Origin: Planctomycetota bacterium
Lineage (GTDB): Bacteria; Planctomycetota; B15-G4
Assembly: GCA_965248575.1 (NCBI GenBank)
Contig: CBDFJQ010000002.1
Span: 2,144,001-2,208,000 of the forward strand
DNA: 64,000 bases
Direction: 5' to 3'
The position numbers were made by a program, and so were the translations under genes. Under the pieces are notes generated by a model. The model was not told the origin of the DNA. It worked only from the letters and a program-made list of their open reading frames with translations, and did no database searches. Below are positions 9,116 through 19,017 of this stretch, piece after piece (within the stretch, counting starts at the first letter, position 1; the number at the start of each line of letters is the position of its first letter).

Positions 9116-10939
9116 TCAAATGTAGTCCAGCAGATCCCGCAGAAAACCCCGCTCAGCCCGGCGTCTGACCAGCGAGAAGTAGAGGAACCACACACCATTC
9201 CGGACCAGGGCGGCCATCCAACCCACGATGAAACCGAGTGCTCCGCCGTAGACGAGACCCAGCAGCGTCCCCGTGGGCGTCACACGGTAGCCCGGGAGGT
9301 AGTGGTGCAGCAGGTTCAGGGTCGCGCCCGTATCCGGCCCCCCCTTGGCCACGAGAATGCCCGTCATCAACAGGAGGGCGATGCCCCCCACGGCAGCGCC
9401 GGCTGCGCCGAAGGCCACGCGATCCAGCGAACGGAGCACAGCGGACAGGCCGACGGGAGCCGGGACATCCATGTAGCGCTTGTTTCGCCCGGGGCTGGTG
9501 TCGGCCTCCTCACCCTCATCGACCTCGTGGTACTCCTGCTCGGTGTTCACGGACCACAGGTCGTGGTTCTCACCAGCGATCACGTTGCGCACGGCATACA
9601 TGCCGGTGAGCATGGCGTGGTCCTGGTTGTTGTAGCGATGGAGGCCGTTGCGCCCGATGGTCTGCAAGTTCTCGAACTCGTCTACGAACCCGCGCACGAC
9701 ATCCAGGTGGGTCGCGTACTCGGCGTCGTAGACCGGGTAGGCCTTGGGCACGCGAAAGACGCAGCCGTCGGAGATGTCGTCCAACTTGGCCAGGCCGATG
9801 CCGCCCAGTTCCTTCTTGCCCAGGGCGACGAGGTCTTCGTCAGCCATCGTCCAGAGCTCGTCGCCTTCGTTACAGAAGTACTCCATGCCGACGCTGGTCT
9901 TGCTCTGGTCTGGAACCATGTCGGGGCTCCAGTTCTTGAAGTTCTGGATGCGCCCCACCTCCACCGAGTCCTCGTGGATGTAGATCCAGTTGTCGGGGAA
10001 GAGGTCCGCTTGGTCGACGATCAGGCAGACCGTCAGGAAGTCGCGGTGGCTGAGCTTGTCCGCCGCGGCCAGGACCTCGTCCGGAGCGGGAGGGTCCATC
10101 TTCCGCACCAATTCCGGAATGGGCATGCTCGAAATGAAGTCCGTTCCGTCGGTGCGCTGCTCTTCCCCCTCGATCACGGCGGTCACGCCCGTGACCTTCA
10201 TGCCCTCGCGATGCACCTTCACGACGTCGGCGTTCATACCCACCGTACCGCCATGCTCCTCGATGATGCGGGTCACGGCCTTCCACATCATGCCGGGGCC
10301 CTGACGCGGGTAGTCGAACTGCTCGATGAGCGTCTTGATGGCGTTCTTCGGCTTGAAGAACATGCTCAGGACGGCCGTGCGCAGGGACAGGTCCTGGATG
10401 CGCTGCGCCGCCCACTCGGCTTTCAGCTCGGAGCAGGAGATCCCCCACACCTTCTCGGTGTAGGTCTTGAAGAAGGTCATGAAGAGCCGCTTGCCGAAGC
10501 GGTTGGTGACCCACTCCTCGAAGGTGTTCTCCTGTTTGTACGGGAACATCTTCCAGCGCACGTAGCTGCACCCGATCAGGATGCTCTGCACGATGCCGAG
10601 GCCCGCCAGGGCGTTGAAGGGCTGCAGCGGGTAGTGGAAGAACTTCCTCTTGTAGAAGATGCGGGAGAGTCGCGGTCGCTCCAGGAACTCGTCCGTGAGC
10701 ACCTCGTGCCACATCTCGTTGACTTCCTTGGCCTTCGTGAAGAAGCGGTGCCCCCCCATGTCGAAGTGGAAGCCCTTGTACTGCTCCGTGCGGGAGATGC
10801 CGCCCACGGTGTAGCTCTTCTCGAAGACGCTCGGAGGGTAGCCAGCCTGAGCGAGCTTGTAGCCGGCGGTCAGGCCAGCTGGCCCTCCACCCACGACCAC
10901 GAACTTGCGCTGAGAGCTGTCCGCCTGAGAGGTGGCCAC
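9116..10939 (-). CDS. FAD-dependent oxidoreductase (protoporphyrinogen oxidase/UDP-galactopyranose mutase-like) with fused C-terminal membrane domain
   Basis: GGGPAGL Rossmann motif, GGISRT, FDMGGHRFF, YTEKVWG, AYPVY, GRNGLHRYNNQDH; GTG start inferred at 10939. Confidence 0.85.
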   Translation of the reverse strand: MATSQADSSQRKFVVVGGGPAGLTAGYKLAQAGYPPSVFEKSYTVGGISRTEQYKGFHFDMGGHRFFTKAKEVNEMWHEVLTDEFLERPRLSRIFYKRKFFHYPLQPFNALAGLGIVQSILIGCSYVRWKMFPYKQENTFEEWVTNRFGKRLFMTFFKTYTEKVWGISCSELKAEWAAQRIQDLSLRTAVLSMFFKPKNAIKTLIEQFDYPRQGPGMMWKAVTRIIEEHGGTVGMNADVVKVHREGMKVTGVTAVIEGEEQRTDGTDFISSMPIPELVRKMDPPAPDEVLAAADKLSHRDFLTVCLIVDQADLFPDNWIYIHEDSVEVGRIQNFKNWSPDMVPDQSKTSVGMEYFCNEGDELWTMADEDLVALGKKELGGIGLAKLDDISDGCVFRVPKAYPVYDAEYATHLDVVRGFVDEFENLQTIGRNGLHRYNNQDHAMLTGMYAVRNVIAGENHDLWSVNTEQEYHEVDEGEEADTSPGRNKRYMDVPAPVGLSAVLRSLDRVAFGAAGAAVGGIALLLMTGILVAKGGPDTGATLNLLHHYLPGYRVTPTGTLLGLVYGGALGFIVGWMAALVRNGVWFLYFSLVRRRAERGFLRDLLDYI

Positions 10940-11293
10940 GAAGTCTCCGGTCCAGAGTTGTGCAAAGCGCAGGAATTGCCCGAGGACCCCGCTTTTGGGC
11001 CGCCCAAGGGCCGGTCCAGGGAAAGACGACCCACAGACCGACGCGAGAAGGATAGGACCCAATTGGGCACCGGTCGAGAAAGAAGCCAAAGCCGCTGGTG
11101 ATCCGCGCCTGGGGGTCCAGGGCGCACACTCCTTCGGCAGTCCCATGAGGACCGGACTCCAACTTCAGGGTATCCTTATGGGCGCTCTCCACCGCTGCAG
11201 GGCTTTGGATGGACTCACGGGAAAGAGCATCGCGACCGCTGGGCAGGGGGCCAGGGCCAACCCGCAGAACGCAGTCACCGGAGAAGACACACC

Positions 11294-13342
11294 TTGAGCA
11301 TGGACCAGTTAGCGGGGCCTCACGCCCGCGCGAGGCGGGTGGGGAACGCCCGCCTCGCTACTTTTGGGCTGGCAGTCCTGCTGGGCGCGGTCCCAGCGAG
11401 CCTGAGCGCCCAAGGCGCAACCCTCGGTGCTCCCACAGGGCCCGACGATCAGGACATCGAGGCCCAAGTGCTCCCGAAACCGAAGCCAACAGGGCCAAAC
11501 ATCCTGCTGATCCTGGCCGATGACCTGGGGCACGGCGATCTGGGCTGCTTTGGCAGCGATTTCATCATCACCCCTGAGCTGGATGCCCTCGCCGCCCAAG
11601 GCATGAGGCTGCTGAACTTCTCCACCAACAGCGCAGGTTGCACGCCTTCACGGGTGAGCATCTTGACGGGCACCATGGCCACCTATCACGGCTTCCAGAG
11701 CGTCAACACGAACGCGACCCATCGGGGTATCCCGGATGCTGTGACGACCTTGCCAGACGTGCTCCGGGAAGGCGGCTACTACACCGGACACATCGGCAAA
11801 TGGCACATCGGAGAGGACATCGACGACGACACCGATGAGTTCCTTCCGCTGCGAGCGGGCTTCGATTGGAGCGCGCGGCTCTTCATCCCCAACCAGCAGA
11901 CCCACTGGAACCCCTCGGTCGTCCTGCACGAGACCAGCACCGAGACCCATGAGGGCCTGCACTCCACGCGCGTCCTCACAGACTACGCTCTCGATTTCCT
12001 GGACCAACGCAGTCAGGTAGACGGCGACAAGCCCTGGTTCCTGAACCTCTGGTATTACGCGCCCCATCTCCCCATGCAGGTGCCCGCAGCGTATCTCGAC
12101 CTGTACCCGGAATCGGATCCAACCGACCCCTGGACCAAGTACGCCGCCATGGTCTCTCAGATGGACCAAGGCATCGGCCAGGTGCTCGACAAGCTGGATG
12201 AGTTGGGGATGGCCGACAACACCTTGATCATGGTGTTGAGCGACAACGGGGGCTCGCTGAGCCCGGGTCTTCATCCGGACGGCAACGGCGACCTCAAGGG
12301 CGGCAAGGGCCAGTTCTTTGATGGCGGCGTGCGGGTCCCCTTCATCGCTCGCTGGCCGGACGTCATCCCAGCCAACACACAGTCGTCCGCTGCGATCTAT
12401 GCTTCCGACATCTTGCCGACGGCGCAGCAACTTGCCGGCACGGTGCAAGTGCTCCCACATGTCGAAGGCCGCAGCATGCTCCCCACGCTCCAGGGCTACG
12501 AGCAGTCTGTTCGAACCCAGAACTTCTACTGGACGGGCAAGGCCGGCGCCCAGGCGATCACTCCGGAGCACGGCATCACCGACGTCTTCGCCGTACGCCA
12601 GGACCACACGCCGCTGGGAGCCCAGGACCTCAAGCTCGTGTTCACGCCGCAGTTCCAGGCGAAACTCTATGACATGGACACGGACCCCATGGAGACCACC
12701 AGCCTCGTCTCCAGCTACCCGAACACGACCCAGAAGCTGTGGAACGGGTTCTGGCAGACCCGGCGCGTGGAGTCCACCATCCCGCTCGCAACGCCGACTC
12801 TCCAGGGGGAGGTGTTCGGTGCGGGCAACGGGTTCATGTTCTTCAACGGCGTCGCGAACATCGAATCCGACGCCTGGCTGGACTTCCACAACGGCAACTT
12901 CACGAGCCTCCTGAACGTGCGCGTGCAGAAACTGGGTGTCGAACAGGTCTTGCTACGCAAGGCTGGAAGCTTCGAGTTGGTCCTGACCGCCAGCGATCAG
13001 ATCCAACTGACCCTGGAAGATGCCACGGGTGACACCGAGCTGCTCACCGCGCCCGTGCCCGTGACCCTCGGACAAAACGTGCAGGTCGGGTTCACCGTGT
13101 CACGCTGGACGAGCCCGCTCACCGACAACACGGTGACGCTCTGGGTGGATGGGGCGGAGGCGGACTCGGGGACCGTGTCGGCTGTGGCCACCAACCGAAA
13201 CGATGTACAACTTGGAAACGATGCGGATCCCCCGCTCGGGACACGCCCTTTCAAGGGCGTGATCTCTGCGCTGGAGTTCCACAACGTGTCCTTCAATCGG
13301 GATGAGATCGCCGGAAGCTGGCCCCCGATCCCCGCCAACTGA
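11294..13342 (+). CDS. Secreted formylglycine-dependent sulfatase with C-terminal LamG-like domain
   Basis: PNILLILADDLG, CTPSR..LTG, GKWH, PHLP, SDNG, GGVRVP; beta-rich C-terminus (LWVDG, FKG.I). Confidence 0.9.
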   Translation: MSMDQLAGPHARARRVGNARLATFGLAVLLGAVPASLSAQGATLGAPTGPDDQDIEAQVLPKPKPTGPNILLILADDLGHGDLGCFGSDFIITPELDALAAQGMRLLNFSTNSAGCTPSRVSILTGTMATYHGFQSVNTNATHRGIPDAVTTLPDVLREGGYYTGHIGKWHIGEDIDDDTDEFLPLRAGFDWSARLFIPNQQTHWNPSVVLHETSTETHEGLHSTRVLTDYALDFLDQRSQVDGDKPWFLNLWYYAPHLPMQVPAAYLDLYPESDPTDPWTKYAAMVSQMDQGIGQVLDKLDELGMADNTLIMVLSDNGGSLSPGLHPDGNGDLKGGKGQFFDGGVRVPFIARWPDVIPANTQSSAAIYASDILPTAQQLAGTVQVLPHVEGRSMLPTLQGYEQSVRTQNFYWTGKAGAQAITPEHGITDVFAVRQDHTPLGAQDLKLVFTPQFQAKLYDMDTDPMETTSLVSSYPNTTQKLWNGFWQTRRVESTIPLATPTLQGEVFGAGNGFMFFNGVANIESDAWLDFHNGNFTSLLNVRVQKLGVEQVLLRKAGSFELVLTASDQIQLTLEDATGDTELLTAPVPVTLGQNVQVGFTVSRWTSPLTDNTVTLWVDGAEADSGTVSAVATNRNDVQLGNDADPPLGTRPFKGVISALEFHNVSFNRDEIAGSWPPIPAN

Positions 13343-13348
13343 CGCATT

Positions 13349-14797
13349 TCAGCGCGTGTAGCCGATCGCCTCGAGCTGACGCAGCGTCTCTTCTGAGAGC
13401 TCCTCGCCGGCGGTGAGAGCGGGGGCTTCTGCGAAGCGCTTTTCCCACATACCGACGAAGCGCCGCATGCGCTTGACCAGCTCTGGGTGCTTCGAGGCCA
13501 CGTTCGTGCGCGAACCATTGGCGGTCCGGGAGCGGGCCTGGATCTCGAGCGGTGGAAGGTCTTGCTCGCTGCCCCGGTTGTCGACGTACTGCCAGGTCTT
13601 GCCGAAGGCAGAGATCTTGCGGAACTGGCGGAAGTAGGTCTCCGTCACGATGAACTCAGGCAAGAGTTCATCAGCCGCCTGCTCATCGCCTTCCAGGATC
13701 GCCTTCAGCGACACCCCCTGGATTCCCTCCGGCACTTCCAGCCCTGCAACGTCCAGGAGCGTGGGCAACACGTCCAGCAAGCGCACGTCGTGCTTCACGC
13801 TGGACACCTGCGGCACCCAGGGTGCTTCGGGCGCAGCAGCACCATCGAGGGTCCCTGAAGCCGACTCCTTCGGCTTCCAGCCCGAGCGAAAGAGGAGCCA
13901 CGGGACGTGCACCATGGATGGATAGAGCAGCGCTCCATGGCCCTGGGAGAAGGGCAGGCCCGGGTGATCCGACAAGCCTTCGCCATGGTCACTCGTGATG
14001 CAGAACAGGGCGTCCTCCCAACCGGGGAGCTCTCGCACCTTGTGCACGAACACCTCGATGTCGTCCGTCACCTGACGCACCATCTGCAGATACGCCCGAT
14101 TCTCTTGCCCCGGGAAGAGGTCCTTGTAGGCCGGGCGCACCATGTTGCCTCGTGCGTATTCGTGAACCTCCATCAGGTTCAGCTGCAGGTAGACCGGTTT
14201 GGGGGCGTCCGCAGCCAGCTGTTCAGAAGCGAACTCGTAGGCCTGGCCCAGCAAGCCTCCCGCCGAGTGCAGCTTGGAATCCCGGAAGAAGATCTCACCC
14301 TCTTCAGCGTCCTGCCGCGATCGCCCGAACACGACCATGCTGTCGACATAGGTGTCGAAGCCTTGGTCGAACTGCACGCGTGAGTTGATGTTGGGGTTGG
14401 CCGTAGCACCAAACGTCGCGTAGCCACCGTCCTTGAGGATCTCCGCCAGCGTGTCGAAGTGCACTGGCAGCACCTGATCCCCCTCGTGATAGAGGCCCAA
14501 GGTGCGCGGGTACTGTGAGACCAACATGGAGCCGATCGAGGGCAAGGTCCAGCTGGTCTGCGAGATGACTGAATCGAATTGCACTCCGCCGCTCGCCAGG
14601 CGGGTCAGGGCCGGAGACGGGTCAGCCGGGTGCCCGTAGCTGCTCAACATGTCCGCCCGCAAGGTATCGATGATGATGAACACGATATTCGGCGGCGGCG
14701 CGCCCTGGGGCTCCGAAGAGCAGGAAACTCCGAGGCTGATCCCCGCGAGGAGCCACACGGCCCGACAAACAGATCGATCCATGATGGAATGGGTCAC
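13349..14797 (-). CDS. Sulfatase-like (alkaline phosphatase superfamily) lipoprotein
   Basis: PNIVFIIIDTLRAD, SWTLPS, TSDHGE, C-terminal LEAIGY; lipobox-like LGVSC. Confidence 0.85.
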   Translation of the reverse strand: MTHSIMDRSVCRAVWLLAGISLGVSCSSEPQGAPPPNIVFIIIDTLRADMLSSYGHPADPSPALTRLASGGVQFDSVISQTSWTLPSIGSMLVSQYPRTLGLYHEGDQVLPVHFDTLAEILKDGGYATFGATANPNINSRVQFDQGFDTYVDSMVVFGRSRQDAEEGEIFFRDSKLHSAGGLLGQAYEFASEQLAADAPKPVYLQLNLMEVHEYARGNMVRPAYKDLFPGQENRAYLQMVRQVTDDIEVFVHKVRELPGWEDALFCITSDHGEGLSDHPGLPFSQGHGALLYPSMVHVPWLLFRSGWKPKESASGTLDGAAAPEAPWVPQVSSVKHDVRLLDVLPTLLDVAGLEVPEGIQGVSLKAILEGDEQAADELLPEFIVTETYFRQFRKISAFGKTWQYVDNRGSEQDLPPLEIQARSRTANGSRTNVASKHPELVKRMRRFVGMWEKRFAEAPALTAGEELSEETLRQLEAIGYTR

Positions 14798-14919
14798 TCA
14801 CGAAAGGGGGGCGCAGGGCCGGCAAGCCGACCGCGCATGCTAACACGCGCCCGAGCCTCAACCCGCTGAGGCCCGGACGCGCGAGGTGATGGCGAGTGCG
14901 AAGGCAACTCGCAGCTGGG

Positions 14920-15987
14920 TCAGCCTTCGAGCCCCTTCAAGACATCTTGGATCCGGGCCTTGTTGGCGTCGTCGCTCACGAGCTCAAGAGCCTTCCCATA
15001 GAGTTCCGCTGCGCGGGCTTTGTCTCCCGTGCTCAAGCAAGCTTCCGCCAGGCTGTCGTGAGCGTTCCAGGACGACGGGAACTGCGCGAGGTTCGTTTCG
15101 AAGACCTTCATCGCCTTCTCCACCGCGCCGCTCTGAAGCAGCTGGTAGCCGATCGTGTTGCGCTGCGTCTCGTTGGCAAAGGGCTCGGCCTGGGACCGGC
15201 TCGCGAGGGCTGCGTCCGATTTTCCGAGCTTGTCCTGGATCGAAGCCTGCGTCCAATAGTTCGCAAAGGACGGCGTGGCAGATGCAGCGCGAGCCGCCCA
15301 GGACTCGGCCTCTTGCAAGTTGACGTTGTTCTGATCGCAGTAGGTCGCCGCCTGGGTAAAATTCTGAGACGTCCAGAAGCCGTAGCCACGCAGGAAGTCG
15401 TCGCGCAGGTAGGCCACGATGACGTCATCCGTCTTGACACCCAAGCTGAGCGGCAGCTCCGTCGTCTCCCAACGCAGGACGAGCGTCGCGCCGTTCTTGC
15501 TGAGGTCCTGGAACTCGTACTCGAGCCACTCCTGGAAGGTGCCTTCCTGGGGGTTGACCTCGACCCGTAGCGCGTCCTCGGCTGCGTTGTAGCTGTAGCT
15601 GCCCCAGGCCGTGCTGTTGTGGGAGAACACCACGGTCCAAGGTCCATCGGACTTCGGGAACATGTGCAGGCCGTAGTCACCGGCCGCGAGCGGTTTGCCT
15701 TGCACGGTCACGTCGTGCTCGAAGCTGACGACCGTGTTCTCGTCAGCACCAGCCCGCCAGGGTTGGGCCGCGTCGAAGGGCACGATCTGCGGATTGCCGA
15801 AAATGTTGCGGGACTTCACGCCGGGCCGACCGTAGTCGACTTGGATCTGCGTGACACCCACCACTTGCGAGGTGGTGCCGCGCGGACTTGGCATGGGCTG
15901 GATCATGCGAGCTTGACCGACAGCGGGTGCGCTGAGCAGTCCACCTAGCAGAACCGCTGTCGCGGCGAAGACGAGGGATCGAGTCAT
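14920..15987 (-). CDS. DUF2911 family protein with C-terminal TPR
   Basis: PSPRG..Q.VG.T.I.VDYGRPGVK.R.IFG, WRAGADENT, WGSY.Y; TPR-like SWNAHDSLAEA; signal peptide. Confidence 0.85.
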   Translation of the reverse strand: MTRSLVFAATAVLLGGLLSAPAVGQARMIQPMPSPRGTTSQVVGVTQIQVDYGRPGVKSRNIFGNPQIVPFDAAQPWRAGADENTVVSFEHDVTVQGKPLAAGDYGLHMFPKSDGPWTVVFSHNSTAWGSYSYNAAEDALRVEVNPQEGTFQEWLEYEFQDLSKNGATLVLRWETTELPLSLGVKTDDVIVAYLRDDFLRGYGFWTSQNFTQAATYCDQNNVNLQEAESWAARAASATPSFANYWTQASIQDKLGKSDAALASRSQAEPFANETQRNTIGYQLLQSGAVEKAMKVFETNLAQFPSSWNAHDSLAEACLSTGDKARAAELYGKALELVSDDANKARIQDVLKGLEG

Positions 15988-16288
15988 CGGGGCACACTCC
16001 TTCAACAGGGAAGATGGGGCGAGCCGGCAAACATGGCGGAGGGCTTCCTCGGGGAAGGGGCTCGTTTAACCGAACCCTCGCGCATGCTGCAGGATCGTGA
16101 GGCAGTGTGCGACTCCTCTCGCAGCCCGCCCAGCGGCAGGCCTGTGACGGCTGCCCTGTGGCCTCCAGCGGAAAACCCACAGCTCGCCACAGTTCTTGAA
16201 TGTCCCGGGTCGGGAGAGACAGGCTCCATTGATAGACTGCCCACCCCAGCTGTCCGGCTGGGTATCGAGCTGAGCGGGAGCCCTGAGC

Positions 16289-17434
16289 ATGAGCACGCCC
16301 AACGCGCCGAAGTTCCGCCTGAGCCGCGTTCTGCTTGCGGTCTTGATCACGTTGATGCTGTTGGAAGGCGGTTTGCAGCTCGCAGGCGTGATCACCGGAG
16401 ATTCGTGGCGGCTCCCCGCCAAGCGCTCCAAAAGCGAAACGGTCTACGTTTCCCACCCCTACATCGGTTGGACCCATCGCCCCAACCACTCCAGCGGACC
16501 CACGAGCATCCGCCAGGCCAGCACGAACACTTTGGGCTTCCGTGGGGCCGAGGTCCTGGCCAAGAAGCCGGAGCGGACCTACCGCATCGTCTGCCTGGGA
16601 GGTTCCACCACCTGGTCCACGGGCGCGTCCTCCGACGGCGAGGCTTGGCCCGCGCTCCTGGAACGACGGCTGAACAAGAGCCTGGGTGACTCAAGCGCCT
16701 ACGACCGCGTTGAGGTCATCAACGCCGGCGTCTCGGGATACTCGCTGATGGAGTCTTTCATCAACCTGAAGTTGCGCATCCTGCCGCTCGACCCCGACCT
16801 GGTGCTCGTCTACCACGCCGTGAATGACGCGCAGCACCTCCGACGCGGCAGCTTCAAGCCGGACTACAGCCACGTGCGCCGCAGTTGGACGGAACGAGCA
16901 GACATCACCCCCCTCGACGACGCGCTTCGATGGAGCCAGCTCTACGGCCTCCTGGTTGGCACCGAGTCTTCGCGCGAGCATGAGACCATCGGCAGCAGGA
17001 TCCGTGTGCCCAACTACAACAAGCTCCCCATCCGGGTGCAGGATGAGATCGAGCGGGGCGTCGAAAATTTCGCCTGGACGCTGCGGGAAGCCGTGGCCCT
17101 CTGCCGCTTGCACGATGTGGACATCGCCCTCTCGAGCTTCGCCTGGGTCCGGGAAGACGTGGGAGACGCCGCCATCAAGAGAGCGCCCTTGGCGGCCGCG
17201 CTTCAACGAATGAACCAGGCCATCTTCAAGGTGGCCCAGCTCGAAGAGACACTTTTCATCGACCTCCACGAGCGCGGCCCGAAGGCCGTGGCCTACTACG
17301 ACGACATGGTCCACTTCAACGACCAGGGCAATCGGCTGGCCTCTGCAGTGTTCGCCCAGAGCATCCGGGGCTCAGGACTGCTGAGGCGCACACGGCCACT
17401 CGGTCCCAAGGCCCCCTTGGGCGACGAGCACTAG
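16289..17434 (+). CDS. SGNH/GDSL hydrolase family protein, N-terminally anchored
   Basis: LGGSTT, NAGVSG, AVND, DMVH blocks. Confidence 0.85.
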   Translation: MSTPNAPKFRLSRVLLAVLITLMLLEGGLQLAGVITGDSWRLPAKRSKSETVYVSHPYIGWTHRPNHSSGPTSIRQASTNTLGFRGAEVLAKKPERTYRIVCLGGSTTWSTGASSDGEAWPALLERRLNKSLGDSSAYDRVEVINAGVSGYSLMESFINLKLRILPLDPDLVLVYHAVNDAQHLRRGSFKPDYSHVRRSWTERADITPLDDALRWSQLYGLLVGTESSREHETIGSRIRVPNYNKLPIRVQDEIERGVENFAWTLREAVALCRLHDVDIALSSFAWVREDVGDAAIKRAPLAAALQRMNQAIFKVAQLEETLFIDLHERGPKAVAYYDDMVHFNDQGNRLASAVFAQSIRGSGLLRRTRPLGPKAPLGDEH

Positions 17435-17574
17435 CGGGGCCCCGCTGACCCCTGTGCCGGGACGCCCTGCTTTTTGACATGTGGTCTGCTGCTCAGACAA
17501 CGCGGCATGCAGACGCCACGAGAGCTCGCTTCAGCCCTCATGTCAAAAAGCAGGGTGTCCGTCAGCTCAGAGGG

Positions 17575-18783
17575 TCAGCGGCCAGAGCCATCGGCGTTGC
17601 TGCCCGCGGCGTCTTCCGACGAGTCATCGACGGGCTTGAACAGCGGATCGAACTCTCCGTAGCCCTCCGCTGCCAGCTCGCCTGCGGGAATGAATCGCAT
17701 GGCGGCCGAGTTCATGCAGTAACGCTTGCCTGTCGGCTCCGGCCCATCGTCAAAGACGTGCCCCAGGTGCGAGTTCGCATAACGGCTGCGCACTTCATCC
17801 CGGGAGTAGCCCAGCTTGAAGTCCTGCCCCAGCCGGATGTTGTAGGGAACGAGGGGACGCGTGAAGCTCGGCCAACCAGTTCCACTCTTGTACTTGTCCT
17901 TGGAGCTGAAGAGCGGCTCGCCGCTGACGATGTCCACGTAGATGCCGTCGGCCTTGTTGTCCCAGTACGCGTTGCTGAAGGAACGTTCGGTGCCGTCCTT
18001 CTGGGTCACGTCGTACTGCTGTTCGGTCAGCATCGACCGCAGGATGTCGTCGGAAGGCTTGACCCAACGCGCCACGGGCGGCTTGACGGTGTAGTTGCGG
18101 TCCTCGCCCCATACCCGATCGATGAAGCGGTCGCGGCCCGAGCCGTTGCGGTACGAGTGATAGCTGCTCGGGCTCTTCTTGTAGTAGTCCTGGTGATACT
18201 CCTCGGCCGGGTAGTAGATCGTCGCGTCGGACACCTGGGTCACGATGGGACGGTCGAAACGGCCAGACTGACCTAGAGTTGCTTTGGACGCCTCGGCCAG
18301 GGTCCGCTGCCGCGCGTCATGCACGAAGATCTCGCTGCGGTACTGATCGCCGCGGTCCACGAACTGCCCGCCCGCATCGGTGGGGTCGATCTGACGCCAG
18401 AAGATCTCCAGCAGATCGGTGTAGCTGACCAGCGCAGGGTCGTAGTGGATCTGGATCGCCTCGGCGTGTCCCGTGCCCCCACGGGAGACCTGCTTGTAGG
18501 TGGGGTCGTCCAGCTGGCCTCCGATGTAGCCCGAGATGACGGCGGAGACACCCGGAACCACCTCGAAGGGCTTCTCCATGCACCAGAAGCAGCCCCCGGC
18601 GAAGGTGGCCAGGGCCTCGACACCAGACGGCGCTGCCGCCACGCCCTGGGCACCCTCATGCGGCTGCTCATGCTCCTGGGCCTGGCCATTGCACCCTGCC
18701 AGGCCGGCCGAAAGCCCCACCAGAACGAGGGCACAAACGGAAGCGGACGCGAAGACGGAGACGCCGTGAATCGTTCTCAACAT
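17575..18783 (-). CDS. msrAB: Bifunctional peptide methionine sulfoxide reductase MsrA/MsrB, predicted lipoprotein
   Basis: [20 protein letters not shown] (MsrA); [24 protein letters not shown] (MsrB); lipobox LAGC; ATG 18783 inferred. Confidence 0.95.
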   Translation of the reverse strand: MLRTIHGVSVFASASVCALVLVGLSAGLAGCNGQAQEHEQPHEGAQGVAAAPSGVEALATFAGGCFWCMEKPFEVVPGVSAVISGYIGGQLDDPTYKQVSRGGTGHAEAIQIHYDPALVSYTDLLEIFWRQIDPTDAGGQFVDRGDQYRSEIFVHDARQRTLAEASKATLGQSGRFDRPIVTQVSDATIYYPAEEYHQDYYKKSPSSYHSYRNGSGRDRFIDRVWGEDRNYTVKPPVARWVKPSDDILRSMLTEQQYDVTQKDGTERSFSNAYWDNKADGIYVDIVSGEPLFSSKDKYKSGTGWPSFTRPLVPYNIRLGQDFKLGYSRDEVRSRYANSHLGHVFDDGPEPTGKRYCMNSAAMRFIPAGELAAEGYGEFDPLFKPVDDSSEDAAGSNADGSGR

Positions 18784-19017
18784 GATCGGGTTCCTGCGGG
18801 TGGGTGCCGTGAAGAGCGGGAGTGTTCTAACCCCGGCGAGCCGAGAATACGGTGTGATGCCGCAGCTCCCCGAAGGATTCATGGCATGGTTTCAGGGTAG
18901 CGCCCGCTCGGGCACACTCACGCTCCACCTTGACGTCCTCCCGCCCCGCTCCATGCGCTCCATGCAGCCCGTTGCCGGTCCGACAACTCGCCCTGCTTCC
19001 ACCGAGAGGTTGATCCG

